A stretch of 64,000 bases of DNA from Deltaproteobacteria bacterium (GTDB lineage: Bacteria; Myxococcota_A; UBA9160; SMWR01), in the NCBI GenBank assembly GCA_019310965.1, contig JAFDDG010000030.1, forward strand, positions 2,390-66,389, given 5' to 3'. How positions within the stretch are numbered: the first letter of the stretch is position 1; each line of letters begins with the position of its first letter. The notes beneath the pieces are model-generated. The model saw nothing but the letters and a program-made list of their open reading frames with translations, had not been told where the DNA came from and ran no database searches. Of this stretch, positions 53,718-63,010 are shown piece after piece. Position numbers and translations under genes: made by a program.

Positions 53718-56700
53718 TCAAGCGCCGAGCGTCGGCTCACCGGTCAGCGTGGGACGTGGGCGGCTCAGCTTTGCCGCCGCGCGTCGCGCGCCGCCGCGAA
53801 GGTCTTCGGCGATCACCATCGCTGCCGGCACCAGAAACAGCGTGAAGGCCGTGGCGACCAGCACGCCGAAAGCCAACGAGACCGCCATCGGCTTCACGAA
53901 CTGCGCCTGGGTGCTGCGCTCGAGCATGATGGGCGTGAGCCCGGCAAAGGTGGTCAGCGAGGTGAGCATGATGGCACGAAAGCGCGACTGACCGGCCTGC
54001 ACCGCCGCGGCTTCGAGCTCCATGCCACCCGCGCGCAATCGATTCAGGAAGGTGACCAGGACCAGGCTGTCGTTCACCACGACGCCGGCGCAGGCCATGA
54101 CTCCCGTCGCCGACAGGAAGCTCATCTGCACGCCGGTCAGAAAGTGCCCGAGTACGGCCCCCACGTAGCCGAACGGAATCACCAGCATGATGATCACGGC
54201 CTGAAGGTAGGAGCGCAGCGGCACGGCCAGCAGCGTGAAGATCGAGAGCAGCGCCACGAGGAAGCCAATGCGCAGGCCGGCGTAGGCCTCGCGGCTCTGC
54301 TTCTGCTCGCCCTGGAGCGAATACTGGACCCCGGGGAACTCCCGCATGAGCGCCGGCAGATCCTTCTCTTCGAGGCTGGTCACCACTTCATTGGCATTGG
54401 CGACGCCGTCGTCGATGTCGGCGATCACGTTGACCCGGCGGGAGCGATTTCGCCGCCGGATCGAGGCCGCCCCCCGACCGAACTCGGCCTGCGCCACCAA
54501 GCGAAACGGCGCCGACGAGCCGTCGGGAAGCCGGATGCGCATGTTCTCGACGTCGGCGAGTGAGCGCCGCTCTTCGAGAGGCCGGCGCACCATCACCTTC
54601 AACTCGTCGGCTCCACGCTGAATGCGCTGGGCCTCGGCGCCGTAGAAAGCCTGACGCACCTGACGTCCGAGATCCTCGAGAGTCAGCCCCTGGGCCTCGG
54701 CCTCGGGCAGGATGCCGAGCTTGAGCTGGCGCTTGCCGTCTCGATTCGAGTCGCGGATGTCGAAGACCCCGGGGTAGGCGGACAGCGCCCCGATCACGGC
54801 GTCCGCCGCCGCCTGGAGCTCGTCGAGGTCGTCGCCCCCCAGCTCGACGTTGATCGGATCGCCGAAGCGTTTGAATGCGCCGACGAAGGTGATCTCTTCG
54901 ACGCCCGGGATCGAGCCGGTGAGCTCGCGCCAGCGATCCGCGATGTCCGAGGCCCGCGATGTCCGAGGCTGTCAGGCTGCGCTCCTCGCTGGCACTCAGC
55001 TCCAGGGTGACCTGACCCAGGTGCGTCCGCCCCGTCGCAACGCGCCGGCCGCTCGCGACGCTGGTACCGTGGTGCTGCCCCAGCGTCGTGAGCGTGTGCA
55101 GCAGCATCGATGGCTCTTCCGGCTCGCTCATCTCGTCGAGCTCCCGAGTGAGCCGCACCGCCGCGGCCTCGAGCTGGGCGACCGCGCCCTCGGTCTGCTC
55201 GGTGGGCGTGCCGAGGGGCATGGTGAGCTGCGCCCGCACGCTGTCGGCCTGCATGGTCGGCGCCATCGACGACTTCACATGCCCGCTCTGGGCCAGACTC
55301 AGACACACGATGAAGCAGCCGAACGACACCGCCGCGGTGAGGTAGCGCCACTCCACGCAGGCGCGCACCGCCGGACCGTAGACACCCTCGGTAAAGGCGC
55401 GCAGCCGCTTCGCGACGCGCGACTGAAAGCGCGCCCAGGCCTTCGAGATCCGTCGCCGTGGCGGCGGCCCGCCGCCGAAGTGCGCCAGGTGCGACGGCAG
55501 CACCAGCTTCGACTCGACCAGCGAGAAGCCGAGAGCCACCATCATCACACCGCTGATGCCGAGCGCCATGAAGCGCGCGTGGCCACCCACCATGGTGAAG
55601 GGCGCGAAGGCGGCGATGGTGGTGAGCACGCCGAAGACCACCGGCGTTGCGACCTCCTGCGTGCCGCGAATCGACGCTCCCAACGGGTCGCCGGGTTGGC
55701 GTTCCTGGTGGGTGTAGATGTTCTCGCCGGTGACGATGGCATCGTCGACCAGGATGCCGAGCGCCATGATGAAGGAGAAGACCGTGAGGATGTTGATGTC
55801 GATGCCCAGCGGCGACATCAACGCCAGCGCTCCACACACCGAGACCGGCACGCCCATCGCCACCCAGAACGCGACTCGCAGCTTCAAGAAGACCGCCAGC
55901 AACACGAGCACCAGCACGAAGCCTCCGGCGGCGTTGCGCAGCATCATGCCGATGCGGTCGGCCAGGTAGAGGGAGTCGTCGTCCCAGACCGTGAGGGTGA
56001 TGCCCGCGGGCAGCCAGAGCCGCGCCGTCTCGATGTAGGCCCGCACCCGGGCCGCGATCTCCAGGGCCTGCTGGTCGCCAACCCGGAAGACCTGCACGAA
56101 GACCGCCGGCTGGCCGTCGAAGCGCGCGTACTTGCCGGTCTCCTCGAAACCGTCCTTCACTTCGGCCACATCACCGACCGTCACCCGCGAGCCGTCTCTC
56201 GCGGTGAGCAGCGGAATGCGCTCGAACTCGACACGGCGATAGGCCTGGCCTTCCGTGCGCAGCAGGATCTCGCCAGCCTGCGTCTTGACCGATCCGCCGG
56301 GAAGGTCGAGCGAGGAGCGTCGGATCGCGAGCACCACGTCGTCGAAGCGCAGGCCACGACGCTGAAGCTCCCTCTCCGACACCTCGATCGAGATCTCGTA
56401 GGGGCGCACGGCGGCCAGCTCGACGTTGGTCACGCCGGGCAACTTGGCGATGTCGTCTCGCACCTTCTGCCCGATGCGCGTGAGCGTGCGCTCATCCGCG
56501 GCGCCGTAGATCGCGATGTCGAGCACCTGGCCCGAGAACTTGACATCCGAGACGACCGGCTCCTCGGTCTCCTTCGGCAGCGTGGTGATGCCGTCGATGC
56601 GCGCCTCGATATGGTCGAGGGCGCGGCCCAGGTCCGCGCCGTCTTCGAGTTCGACGCTGACGTTGGTGGCTCCCTCGTTCGCGGAAGACGTCACATCGAC

Positions 56701-56934
56701 GATGCCCTCGACGCCCTCGATCTCCTCCTCGATGCGGATCGTCACGGACTTCTCCACGTCTTCGGGCGAAGCGCCGGGATACACAACGGTGGCGGAGACG
56801 TAGTTGATCTCGAAATCCGGCCAGACGGACTGCTTGATGTAAGGAGCGGAGAGGAGCCCCGCGATGATGATCGCCATCATCAGCAGGTTGGCGGCGACGT
56901 GGTTCTCGGCGAACCACGCGATGGCCCGGTTCAC
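53718..56934 (-). pseudogene. RND (AcrB/HAE-type) efflux transporter, reading frame broken by a 16-bp tandem duplication
   Basis: GTG 56934 overlaps the MFP stop (GTGA). The N-terminal 655 codons lie in the frame of ORF 54388..57321. After 54954 the AcrB-like sequence continues in the frame of ORF 53718..54797. Removing one 16-bp copy gives one continuous 1066-aa product. Confidence 0.85.
54938..54969 (-). repeat. Exact 16-bp tandem duplication (gene sense GCCTCGGACATCGCGG x2)
   Basis: Plus strand ccgcgatgtccgaggc occurs at 54938..54953 and again at 54954..54969. Confidence 0.95.
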
Positions 56935-58172
56935 GGCGCCCCGCTGGCGGCGGCGCGCAGCTGCATGCCCTCGATGGCGAAGCGCATCGGCGAGACGACC
57001 ACGCGATCGGCGGGCTCGAGGCCCCCGGCGATGATGACCTGGTCGCGCTCCCGTCGCACCAGCTGGACCGGGCGGATCAGGAGCTTGTCGGCCGCGTCGA
57101 GCAAATAGACCCGATCGCCCTCGCGCAGTGCGATCGACGGCAGCACGTACACCCCTTCGAGCTCCCTGCCGGCGATCTCTCCGCGTACGAAGAGCCCCGC
57201 CGGCAGGGGCAGGTGGTCGCTGCCCTGGCGCGCGTACGGATCGTCCACTCGCGCCACCACGTGCAACATGCGCGTGCGCTCGTCGATCTCGCCCTCCGTG
57301 CGCACCAGCCGCGCAGGCCACTCCTGCTCGCGGCCCGCGAGGCGGGCGGTCAGGCGCACGGGGGCGCCGGTCGCGACATCGCCGACGCCGAGCGGCAGCT
57401 CGAGCAGCGCCAGATCGTCGCTCTCGAGGGGCAGGCGCACCTCCGCGAAGTCGACCGCGTAGATGCGCGCGAGCTTGGCACCGAGATTCACGAACTGGCC
57501 GACGTCGACGCTGCGTTCGCGCACGCGGCCGGCAAACGGCGCGCGCAGCACGGTGCGCTCGAGGTCGAGCTGGGCCTGGGCCAGCAGGGCGCGGGCTTCG
57601 TCGAGGGATGCGGACGCTCCGAGCGCCTTCGCCTCGAATTGTTCGAGATCAGCGGCGCTGGCGGCACCGCGCTCGGCCAGCGCCCCGCGACGCTCGGCAT
57701 CCGCGCGCGCGAGCCTGGCCTCGCTGCGGCGCAGCTGCACGGCGGCCCGCGCGCGATCCACGGAGATCCGATGCTCCCGCCCATCCAGCCGCAGCAGCTC
57801 GTGGCCCTCCGCAAAGAAGCCTCCGGCCACCAGTGCGGGCGACACCCAGGTGACGCGACCGTGCACCTCGGCCACGAGATCACTCTCGGTGCGCGGGGAC
57901 ACCGTGCCGTGGGCGACGATCTGCACGCGCAGTGTCTGGGGCTGCGCCTCCAGAACGCGCACCAGCGGAATCAGCGGCTCCGGCTCGACCCGCACCGCCG
58001 TGGGCCGCGTCGCGAAGAGCAGAAACGAGATGGCTGCGGCCGTGGCCAGGGCGGCCAACGGGAGCAACCTCCTGAGGCGCCGCAGGCGCTTGTCCGGCAC
58101 CCGACCCTCGAGCGCGCCCAACGCCGGCTGGGCCTCGTCACGCGCCTCGGCCGACAGCGGATCGCTGCTCAT
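56931..58172 (-). CDS. RND efflux membrane fusion (periplasmic adaptor) protein
   Basis: ATG 58172 with a gggagg RBS, in ORF 56931..58310. It has an N-terminal TM helix and an alpha-hairpin region. RAPFAGRV is the lipoyl-like motif, and the C-terminal domain is beta-rich. Confidence 0.8.
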   Translation of the reverse strand: MSSDPLSAEARDEAQPALGALEGRVPDKRLRRLRRLLPLAALATAAAISFLLFATRPTAVRVEPEPLIPLVRVLEAQPQTLRVQIVAHGTVSPRTESDLVAEVHGRVTWVSPALVAGGFFAEGHELLRLDGREHRISVDRARAAVQLRRSEARLARADAERRGALAERGAASAADLEQFEAKALGASASLDEARALLAQAQLDLERTVLRAPFAGRVRERSVDVGQFVNLGAKLARIYAVDFAEVRLPLESDDLALLELPLGVGDVATGAPVRLTARLAGREQEWPARLVRTEGEIDERTRMLHVVARVDDPYARQGSDHLPLPAGLFVRGEIAGRELEGVYVLPSIALREGDRVYLLDAADKLLIRPVQLVRRERDQVIIAGGLEPADRVVVSPMRFAIEGMQLRAAASGAP

Positions 58173-58401
58173 CGTCTGCCTCCCGCACCGCTCCCGACGA
58201 CAGCGCGCCCGAACCGGGGCCCGCGGCACGCCGCGTACTGCGATCGTGTGCGTCGTTCGAACTCGCGGGACGAACGGCGGGCCGTCCCGGCTCCAGGGGC
58301 GCCCCGACATGATACGCCTCGAACCCCGGGGGGTCCAACAGCGGGGTGGCCCGACGCCCTCTGCCCGGCCGGCCGAACGCGGCCCGCCCCACCGCGTCGG
58401 C

Positions 58402-58758
58402 TCAGTGGCCCTGGCTGGGATCGTGGACGACGTGGATCACGCTCAGCCTGCCGCTGTAGCGGTTGCGCGCGAACACCACGCGGCCCCGGCTGTCGTAGAC
58501 CCAGTCCGTGCGAGCGGTATCCGACCCGTAATAGAATGGGTTCCAGCCCTTCCATGTCTGGTAGGAGCGCGAGCTGTCGGGTTCGCCGAGCACTTCGCGC
58601 ACGTCGACTTCGTTCATCCCGCGGTCGATCTTCGCGAGCGGGCTGCCGGCCGGCCCCAGCTGCGCGCTGGCAGCGCCATCGGACGCACACGCGGCGAGCG
58701 CCACCGCCAGCAGGAGCAGCACGCCCAGGAGAGCGCCGCGCTTCGACCCGACCCGCAT
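58402..58758 (-). CDS. Small lipoprotein, SmpA/OmlA (BamE)-like
   Basis: ATG 58758 in ORF 58402..59007. The lipobox is VALAAC. GMNEVDVREVLGEPD recalls the BamE-family motif. Confidence 0.5.
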   Translation of the reverse strand: MRVGSKRGALLGVLLLLAVALAACASDGAASAQLGPAGSPLAKIDRGMNEVDVREVLGEPDSSRSYQTWKGWNPFYYGSDTARTDWVYDSRGRVVFARNRYSGRLSVIHVVHDPSQGH

Positions 58759-58939
58759 TCTCTCGACCTCCCGACACCGAGCGCTCTGCGCGGGAGCGCG
58801 GCAGCTGGCCTCCGGCAGCCGCGCAAGCGCGGGGCCGCCACGGAATCGCAAGAGCTGAGAGAGCCCCATCGCACGCAGCTTATCAGCATTCGCGCAGCAG
58901 ACTCCCGTAGGCTGCACGGCGACCCCGCAGGAGGTCCCG

Positions 58940-59839
58940 GTGCACGCCATCCTGGAAGTCCAGATCCACTCCATGCTCTGGCTGCAGCAGTTCCACACCC
59001 ACGCCATCGACGAATTCTTCGAGGTGTTCAGCTTCTTCGGAGGCCAGGGCTACTCACTGCTGATCCCGCTGGTGCTGTGGTGCGCGGACTACCGGACGGG
59101 TCTCAAGATCACCGGGATCATGGCCATGACGCTCTTCGTCAACACCACGCTCAAGAACTGGGTACAGGCGCCGCGCCCCTTCCAGGTCGACCCGCGCATC
59201 CTCTCGCCCGGCGAGCAGGGCTACAGCTTTCCCAGCGGCCACGCGATGCTGGTGGTGGCCTACTGGGGAACCCTCGGCGCCTGGGTGCAACGCAGGGCAT
59301 TCTGGTGGCTCGCCTGCGCCGTGATGTTGCTGATGGCCACCTCGCGCGTGCACCTGGGCGTACACTTCCCCCTCGACGTGACCGTCGGACTGCTGCTCGG
59401 GGGCATCACGCTGTGGGCCTTCCTGCGCCACCAGCAGGCACTGGAGGCGTGGCTGGCGGCGCACCCGCTGGCGCAAAAGATCAGCGTGGCCTTCGCCCTC
59501 GGCGCGGTGCTCTTCGTCTTCAACGCGCTCTGCGTCCCCGACCCGCTGCACGAACAACTGAACGTCGGCGCCGCGGGCTTTCTGGCGGGGGCCGGCGCCG
59601 GCGCCGCGCTTGGCCTGCAGCACCTCTCCTTCACTGGCCGCGGGGTGTGGTGGAAGCGCGCGCTGCGATTCGTCGTCGGCGCGGTGCTGAGCAGAGGCGT
59701 TCTCGCCGGCATGCGCAAGCTCGGCATTTCAGAAGGCCTCATCGGCGACGTGCTGACCGCGCTCACCCTCGCCGTCTTCGGGCTGTGGATCACCTTCGCA
59801 ATGCCCTGGCTCTTCGAACGCATCCACCTGTCCGACTGA
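58940..59839 (+). CDS. PAP2-family phosphatase (membrane)
   Basis: ORF 58940..59839, GTG start with an aggagg RBS. The three PAP2 motifs are present: KNWVQAPRP, PSGH and SRVHLGVHFPLD. Confidence 0.85.
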   Translation: MHAILEVQIHSMLWLQQFHTHAIDEFFEVFSFFGGQGYSLLIPLVLWCADYRTGLKITGIMAMTLFVNTTLKNWVQAPRPFQVDPRILSPGEQGYSFPSGHAMLVVAYWGTLGAWVQRRAFWWLACAVMLLMATSRVHLGVHFPLDVTVGLLLGGITLWAFLRHQQALEAWLAAHPLAQKISVAFALGAVLFVFNALCVPDPLHEQLNVGAAGFLAGAGAGAALGLQHLSFTGRGVWWKRALRFVVGAVLSRGVLAGMRKLGISEGLIGDVLTALTLAVFGLWITFAMPWLFERIHLSD

Positions 59840-59858
59840 CGCGCTACACCAGTACGCC

Positions 59859-60788
59859 ATGGCTCTTCATCGCACCAGCGGGCGGCGCGGACTCGGCGCC
59901 GCCCTCGCCTCCACGACCATGCTCCTGTGGGGCGTGCTCCCCCTTGCACTGGAGGCGACGCTCGTCGAGATCGACGCGCTGACACTCACCTGGGCGCGCT
60001 TCGCGGGCTCCGCGCTGGTGCTCTTCGCCGTGCTCGCGGCTCGACGGAACCTGCCATCCCTGCGCGGCCTCGAGCGCGGTCACATCGCACTGGTTCTGGT
60101 CGCGACGCTATTTCTCGCGCTCAACTACGCCGCCTACATCATCGGTCTCGAGCGCACGAGTGCCGCCGACGCACAGGTGGTGATCCAGCTGGCGCCCGTG
60201 TTGCTGGCCGTGGCGGGCGTCTTCGTGTTTCGGGAGCCCTTCACCCGCTTGCAGTGGACGGGCCTCGGGGTGTTGATCGGCGGGCTCGCTCTATTCGTCG
60301 CCGGGCGTGGGGGAGATGCCGGCGCCAACCCCACGCTTCCGGTCGGCCAGGCCATCATCGTCTTCGCCGCGCTCACCTGGGTCGTCTACGGCCTGGCCCA
60401 GAAGCAGCTGCTCCACGGCTGGAGCTCGTTCCACATCACGCTCTATATCTACGTGGGCTGCACACTGGCCTTCACGCCGTTCGCCGAATTCGGCCGTCTG
60501 GCCGGGCTCGAGGCGCCAGGCTGGTGGCTGCTCGCCTTCTGCGCCGCAAATACCATCGTGGGCTACGGCGCCTTTGCCGAGGCCCTCGAGCACTGGGAGG
60601 CCTCGCGGGTGGGAGCCGTGCTGGCGCTGGTGCCGCTCGTGACCCTCGGCTGCTCGGCACTGCTCTCGTCGCACTGGCCAGGGAGCGTGCCGCCCCAAAC
60701 TCTCTCTGCCAGCAGCTGGGCGGGCGCCCTGCTCGTCGTGGCAGGAGCCCTCGTCGCCGCACTCGCGGCACGCAACGAGGCGGCGTAA
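59859..60788 (+). CDS. EamA/DMT-family transporter
   Basis: ORF 59859..60788. It has ten TM-like segments in two EamA-like halves. Confidence 0.75.
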   Translation: MALHRTSGRRGLGAALASTTMLLWGVLPLALEATLVEIDALTLTWARFAGSALVLFAVLAARRNLPSLRGLERGHIALVLVATLFLALNYAAYIIGLERTSAADAQVVIQLAPVLLAVAGVFVFREPFTRLQWTGLGVLIGGLALFVAGRGGDAGANPTLPVGQAIIVFAALTWVVYGLAQKQLLHGWSSFHITLYIYVGCTLAFTPFAEFGRLAGLEAPGWWLLAFCAANTIVGYGAFAEALEHWEASRVGAVLALVPLVTLGCSALLSSHWPGSVPPQTLSASSWAGALLVVAGALVAALAARNEAA

Positions 60789-60879
60789 CGGGGACGGTGT
60801 TGCCTTCTTGCCTTTTTCAGGACCTGCTTGCTAACGCCACCGCTCAGCTGAAAAAGGCAAGAAGGCAACACCGTCCCCG
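60789..60879. repeat. Perfect 32-bp inverted repeat with 27-nt loop between convergent genes
   Basis: cggggacggtgttgccttcttgcctttttcag (60789..60820) is the exact reverse complement of 60848..60879. The arms are AT-richer than the surroundings. Confidence 0.9.
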
Positions 60880-60918
60880 CTTGGTTGGGGGGAGGGGGCG
60901 TCGGCGTCTGGCGTCGCG

Positions 60919-61689
60919 TCAGTTTTGGGGCAGGCTGCTGCCAACGCGGTAGCGATCCGCAGCGGCGTGGGCCTGCTGCAAGAGATCGGTCCCGAGGTTC
61001 TCGAACGCAAGCCCGCGGTCGCGCTCGAACTGCTGGAGCAGCGCGTCTGCAACGTTCGAGAGCTGCGTCTCGCCACACTCGCCCTCGACGCTGCCGAAGC
61101 TGGCCGGATCGAGATCGAGATCGAGCGCTGCGTACACCGTGACCAGCACGTCGCGCACCGCCGCAGCCTCGCGCACCAGCAGTACGCCGCCCACGTGAGC
61201 GGCGCCGCGCACGACCCTCTGCCCGACCCCCATCAGCTTGACGCGACCGCGCGCGTTCACGCTGAAGTCGCCGGGACAGAATTCACCGGCGACCTCACCC
61301 ACCCGCGCATCGACACCGAGCTTCACCAGCGCTGCAACCACCCGCCGCGCGAGATCCGCAAAACGCGCCTCGATGCCGCTCCGGGCATTCGGCGCGGGCT
61401 GGGTCCAGACGAAGGCAAGCAGGGACGGCGCATAGACGGCGGCGTGGCCACCCGCCAGGCGCAGGAACGGCTCGAAGCCCAGCGCACGCGCCGCCGCGGC
61501 GGCGTTGGGAAAGCCCGGCCGCGTGCGGTCGATGGCCGAGAACGCGAGGGCCGCGTCGGGCTGCCACAGCCGCAGGCATTCGCCCCGCACACCGCTCGCC
61601 ACCTCGTCGAGGAGCAGCCGCGAAACGGCGGTGTCGACGGCGGGCCCGCCGGCCACGGACTCCCGCAGCACGCTGAGAGGCGCTTTCAT
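60919..61689 (-). CDS. Lipoate/biotin protein ligase (LplA/BPL_LplA_LipB) family protein
   Basis: ATG 61689 in ORF 60919..61860. Recognisable strings are LRLWQPDAALAFS, RLAGGHAAVY and KLMGVGQR. Confidence 0.6.
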   Translation of the reverse strand: MKAPLSVLRESVAGGPAVDTAVSRLLLDEVASGVRGECLRLWQPDAALAFSAIDRTRPGFPNAAAAARALGFEPFLRLAGGHAAVYAPSLLAFVWTQPAPNARSGIEARFADLARRVVAALVKLGVDARVGEVAGEFCPGDFSVNARGRVKLMGVGQRVVRGAAHVGGVLLVREAAAVRDVLVTVYAALDLDLDPASFGSVEGECGETQLSNVADALLQQFERDRGLAFENLGTDLLQQAHAAADRYRVGSSLPQN

Positions 61690-61711
61690 GGCAACAGCGT
61701 AGCCAGTCGCG

Positions 61712-62944
61712 TCAGGGATACAGACGCGCGAGGAGCGGGCCAATGCTGAGCCCCTGCACGAGGATCGAGAAGCACACCACGATGTAGGTGATGGCCACCA
61801 GCAGATCGCGCTCCGGACCTTCCGGCAGCGAGAGCGCCAGAGCGACGGAGATGCCGCCACGCAGGCCGGCCCAGGTGAGCGTCTTCACCGCGTGGGGGCT
61901 GAACGTGCGCCAGCGGCGCAGCAGCCAAACCATCGCGCCGACACTGCTGCCGCGCGCCGCCAGGACCAAGGGGATCACCAGCAAGCCGACCGCGATCCAA
62001 CGCAATTCGAAATCCAGGATCAGGACTTCGAGCCCGATCAACACGAAGAGGATCGCATTCAAGAACTCGTCGACCAGCTCCCAGAACGCGTCGAGGCGTT
62101 CGCGGGTGCGCTCGCTCATGGCGAGGCGGCGACCGTGGTTGCCGATCAGGAGCCCTGCCACCACCATCGCCAGCGGCCCGGAGACATGCAGCGCGTGGGC
62201 CGCCGAATAGCCGCCGGTGACGATGGCCAGGGTGATCAGGGTCTCGACCTGGTACTGATCGACGCTGCGCAGCATGCGATAGGCGAGCCAGCCGAGACCC
62301 AGCCCGAATGCGACGCCACCCGCCACCTCGACCACGAGCAGCTCGAGAACGTCGCCAATGGCCGGCGCACCGCCCCGTCGGGCAACTTCGAGCAGCACCA
62401 GGAAGACCACCACCGAGACACCGTCGTTGAAGAGCGACTCGCCGGCGATCTTGATCTCCAGACTGCGCGGCACCCGCAGGTGCTTCAGAATGCCGAGCAC
62501 GGCGATCGGATCCGTGGGCGAGATCAGCGCGCCGAAGAGCAGGCACGTGACGAGCGATAGCGGGAGACCCAACGCTCCGAACAGGGCCCAGGCGCCGAAG
62601 CCAACCAGCGCCGTCGAGAGCAGTGTGCCGCCGCTCGCGAGCAGCGCGATCAACCCCTTCTGCGATGCCAGCTCGTTGAGATTCAGGTGCAGCGCACCGA
62701 CGAAGAGCAGGGCTCCGAGCATGCCGTGAAGCAGTGCCTCGTCGAAATCCACCGCCCGCAGCAGCACTTCGACGCCCGCGCCCAGGTGTATTCCGAGCGC
62801 GCCGAGCGCCACCAGGCCCAGCGAGAAGAGCAGCGCGAGCAGCATCACGCCGATGCTGGGCGGCAGCCGGACATAGCGGTGATTGAGCCACGCAAAGAGC
62901 GCCGCCAGCGTGGTCAACACCGAGAGAATCTCGAACACGTCCAT
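61712..62944 (-). CDS. Na+/H+ (cation:proton) antiporter, CPA1/NhaP type
   Basis: ORF 61712..62965; start ATG 62944 or the codon at 62965. Recognisable strings are FGALISPTDPIAV and AGESLFNDGVSVV. Confidence 0.82.
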   Translation of the reverse strand: MDVFEILSVLTTLAALFAWLNHRYVRLPPSIGVMLLALLFSLGLVALGALGIHLGAGVEVLLRAVDFDEALLHGMLGALLFVGALHLNLNELASQKGLIALLASGGTLLSTALVGFGAWALFGALGLPLSLVTCLLFGALISPTDPIAVLGILKHLRVPRSLEIKIAGESLFNDGVSVVVFLVLLEVARRGGAPAIGDVLELLVVEVAGGVAFGLGLGWLAYRMLRSVDQYQVETLITLAIVTGGYSAAHALHVSGPLAMVVAGLLIGNHGRRLAMSERTRERLDAFWELVDEFLNAILFVLIGLEVLILDFELRWIAVGLLVIPLVLAARGSSVGAMVWLLRRWRTFSPHAVKTLTWAGLRGGISVALALSLPEGPERDLLVAITYIVVCFSILVQGLSIGPLLARLYP

Positions 62945-63010
62945 GCGTGGCTTCGTCACTAGCACAGGGTGAGTGCCGGGAGCCTGCCCGCGGCACGCGA
63001 CGGCCGGTGC

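Noticed and set aside
54794-55837. A third-frame ORF across the RND gene, and the idea of programmed ribosomal frameshifting in the pump.
   Set aside because: The frame break coincides exactly with a 16-bp perfect tandem duplication, which fully explains it. There is no slippery heptamer or pseudoknot. The third-frame ORF has no pump-like sequence.
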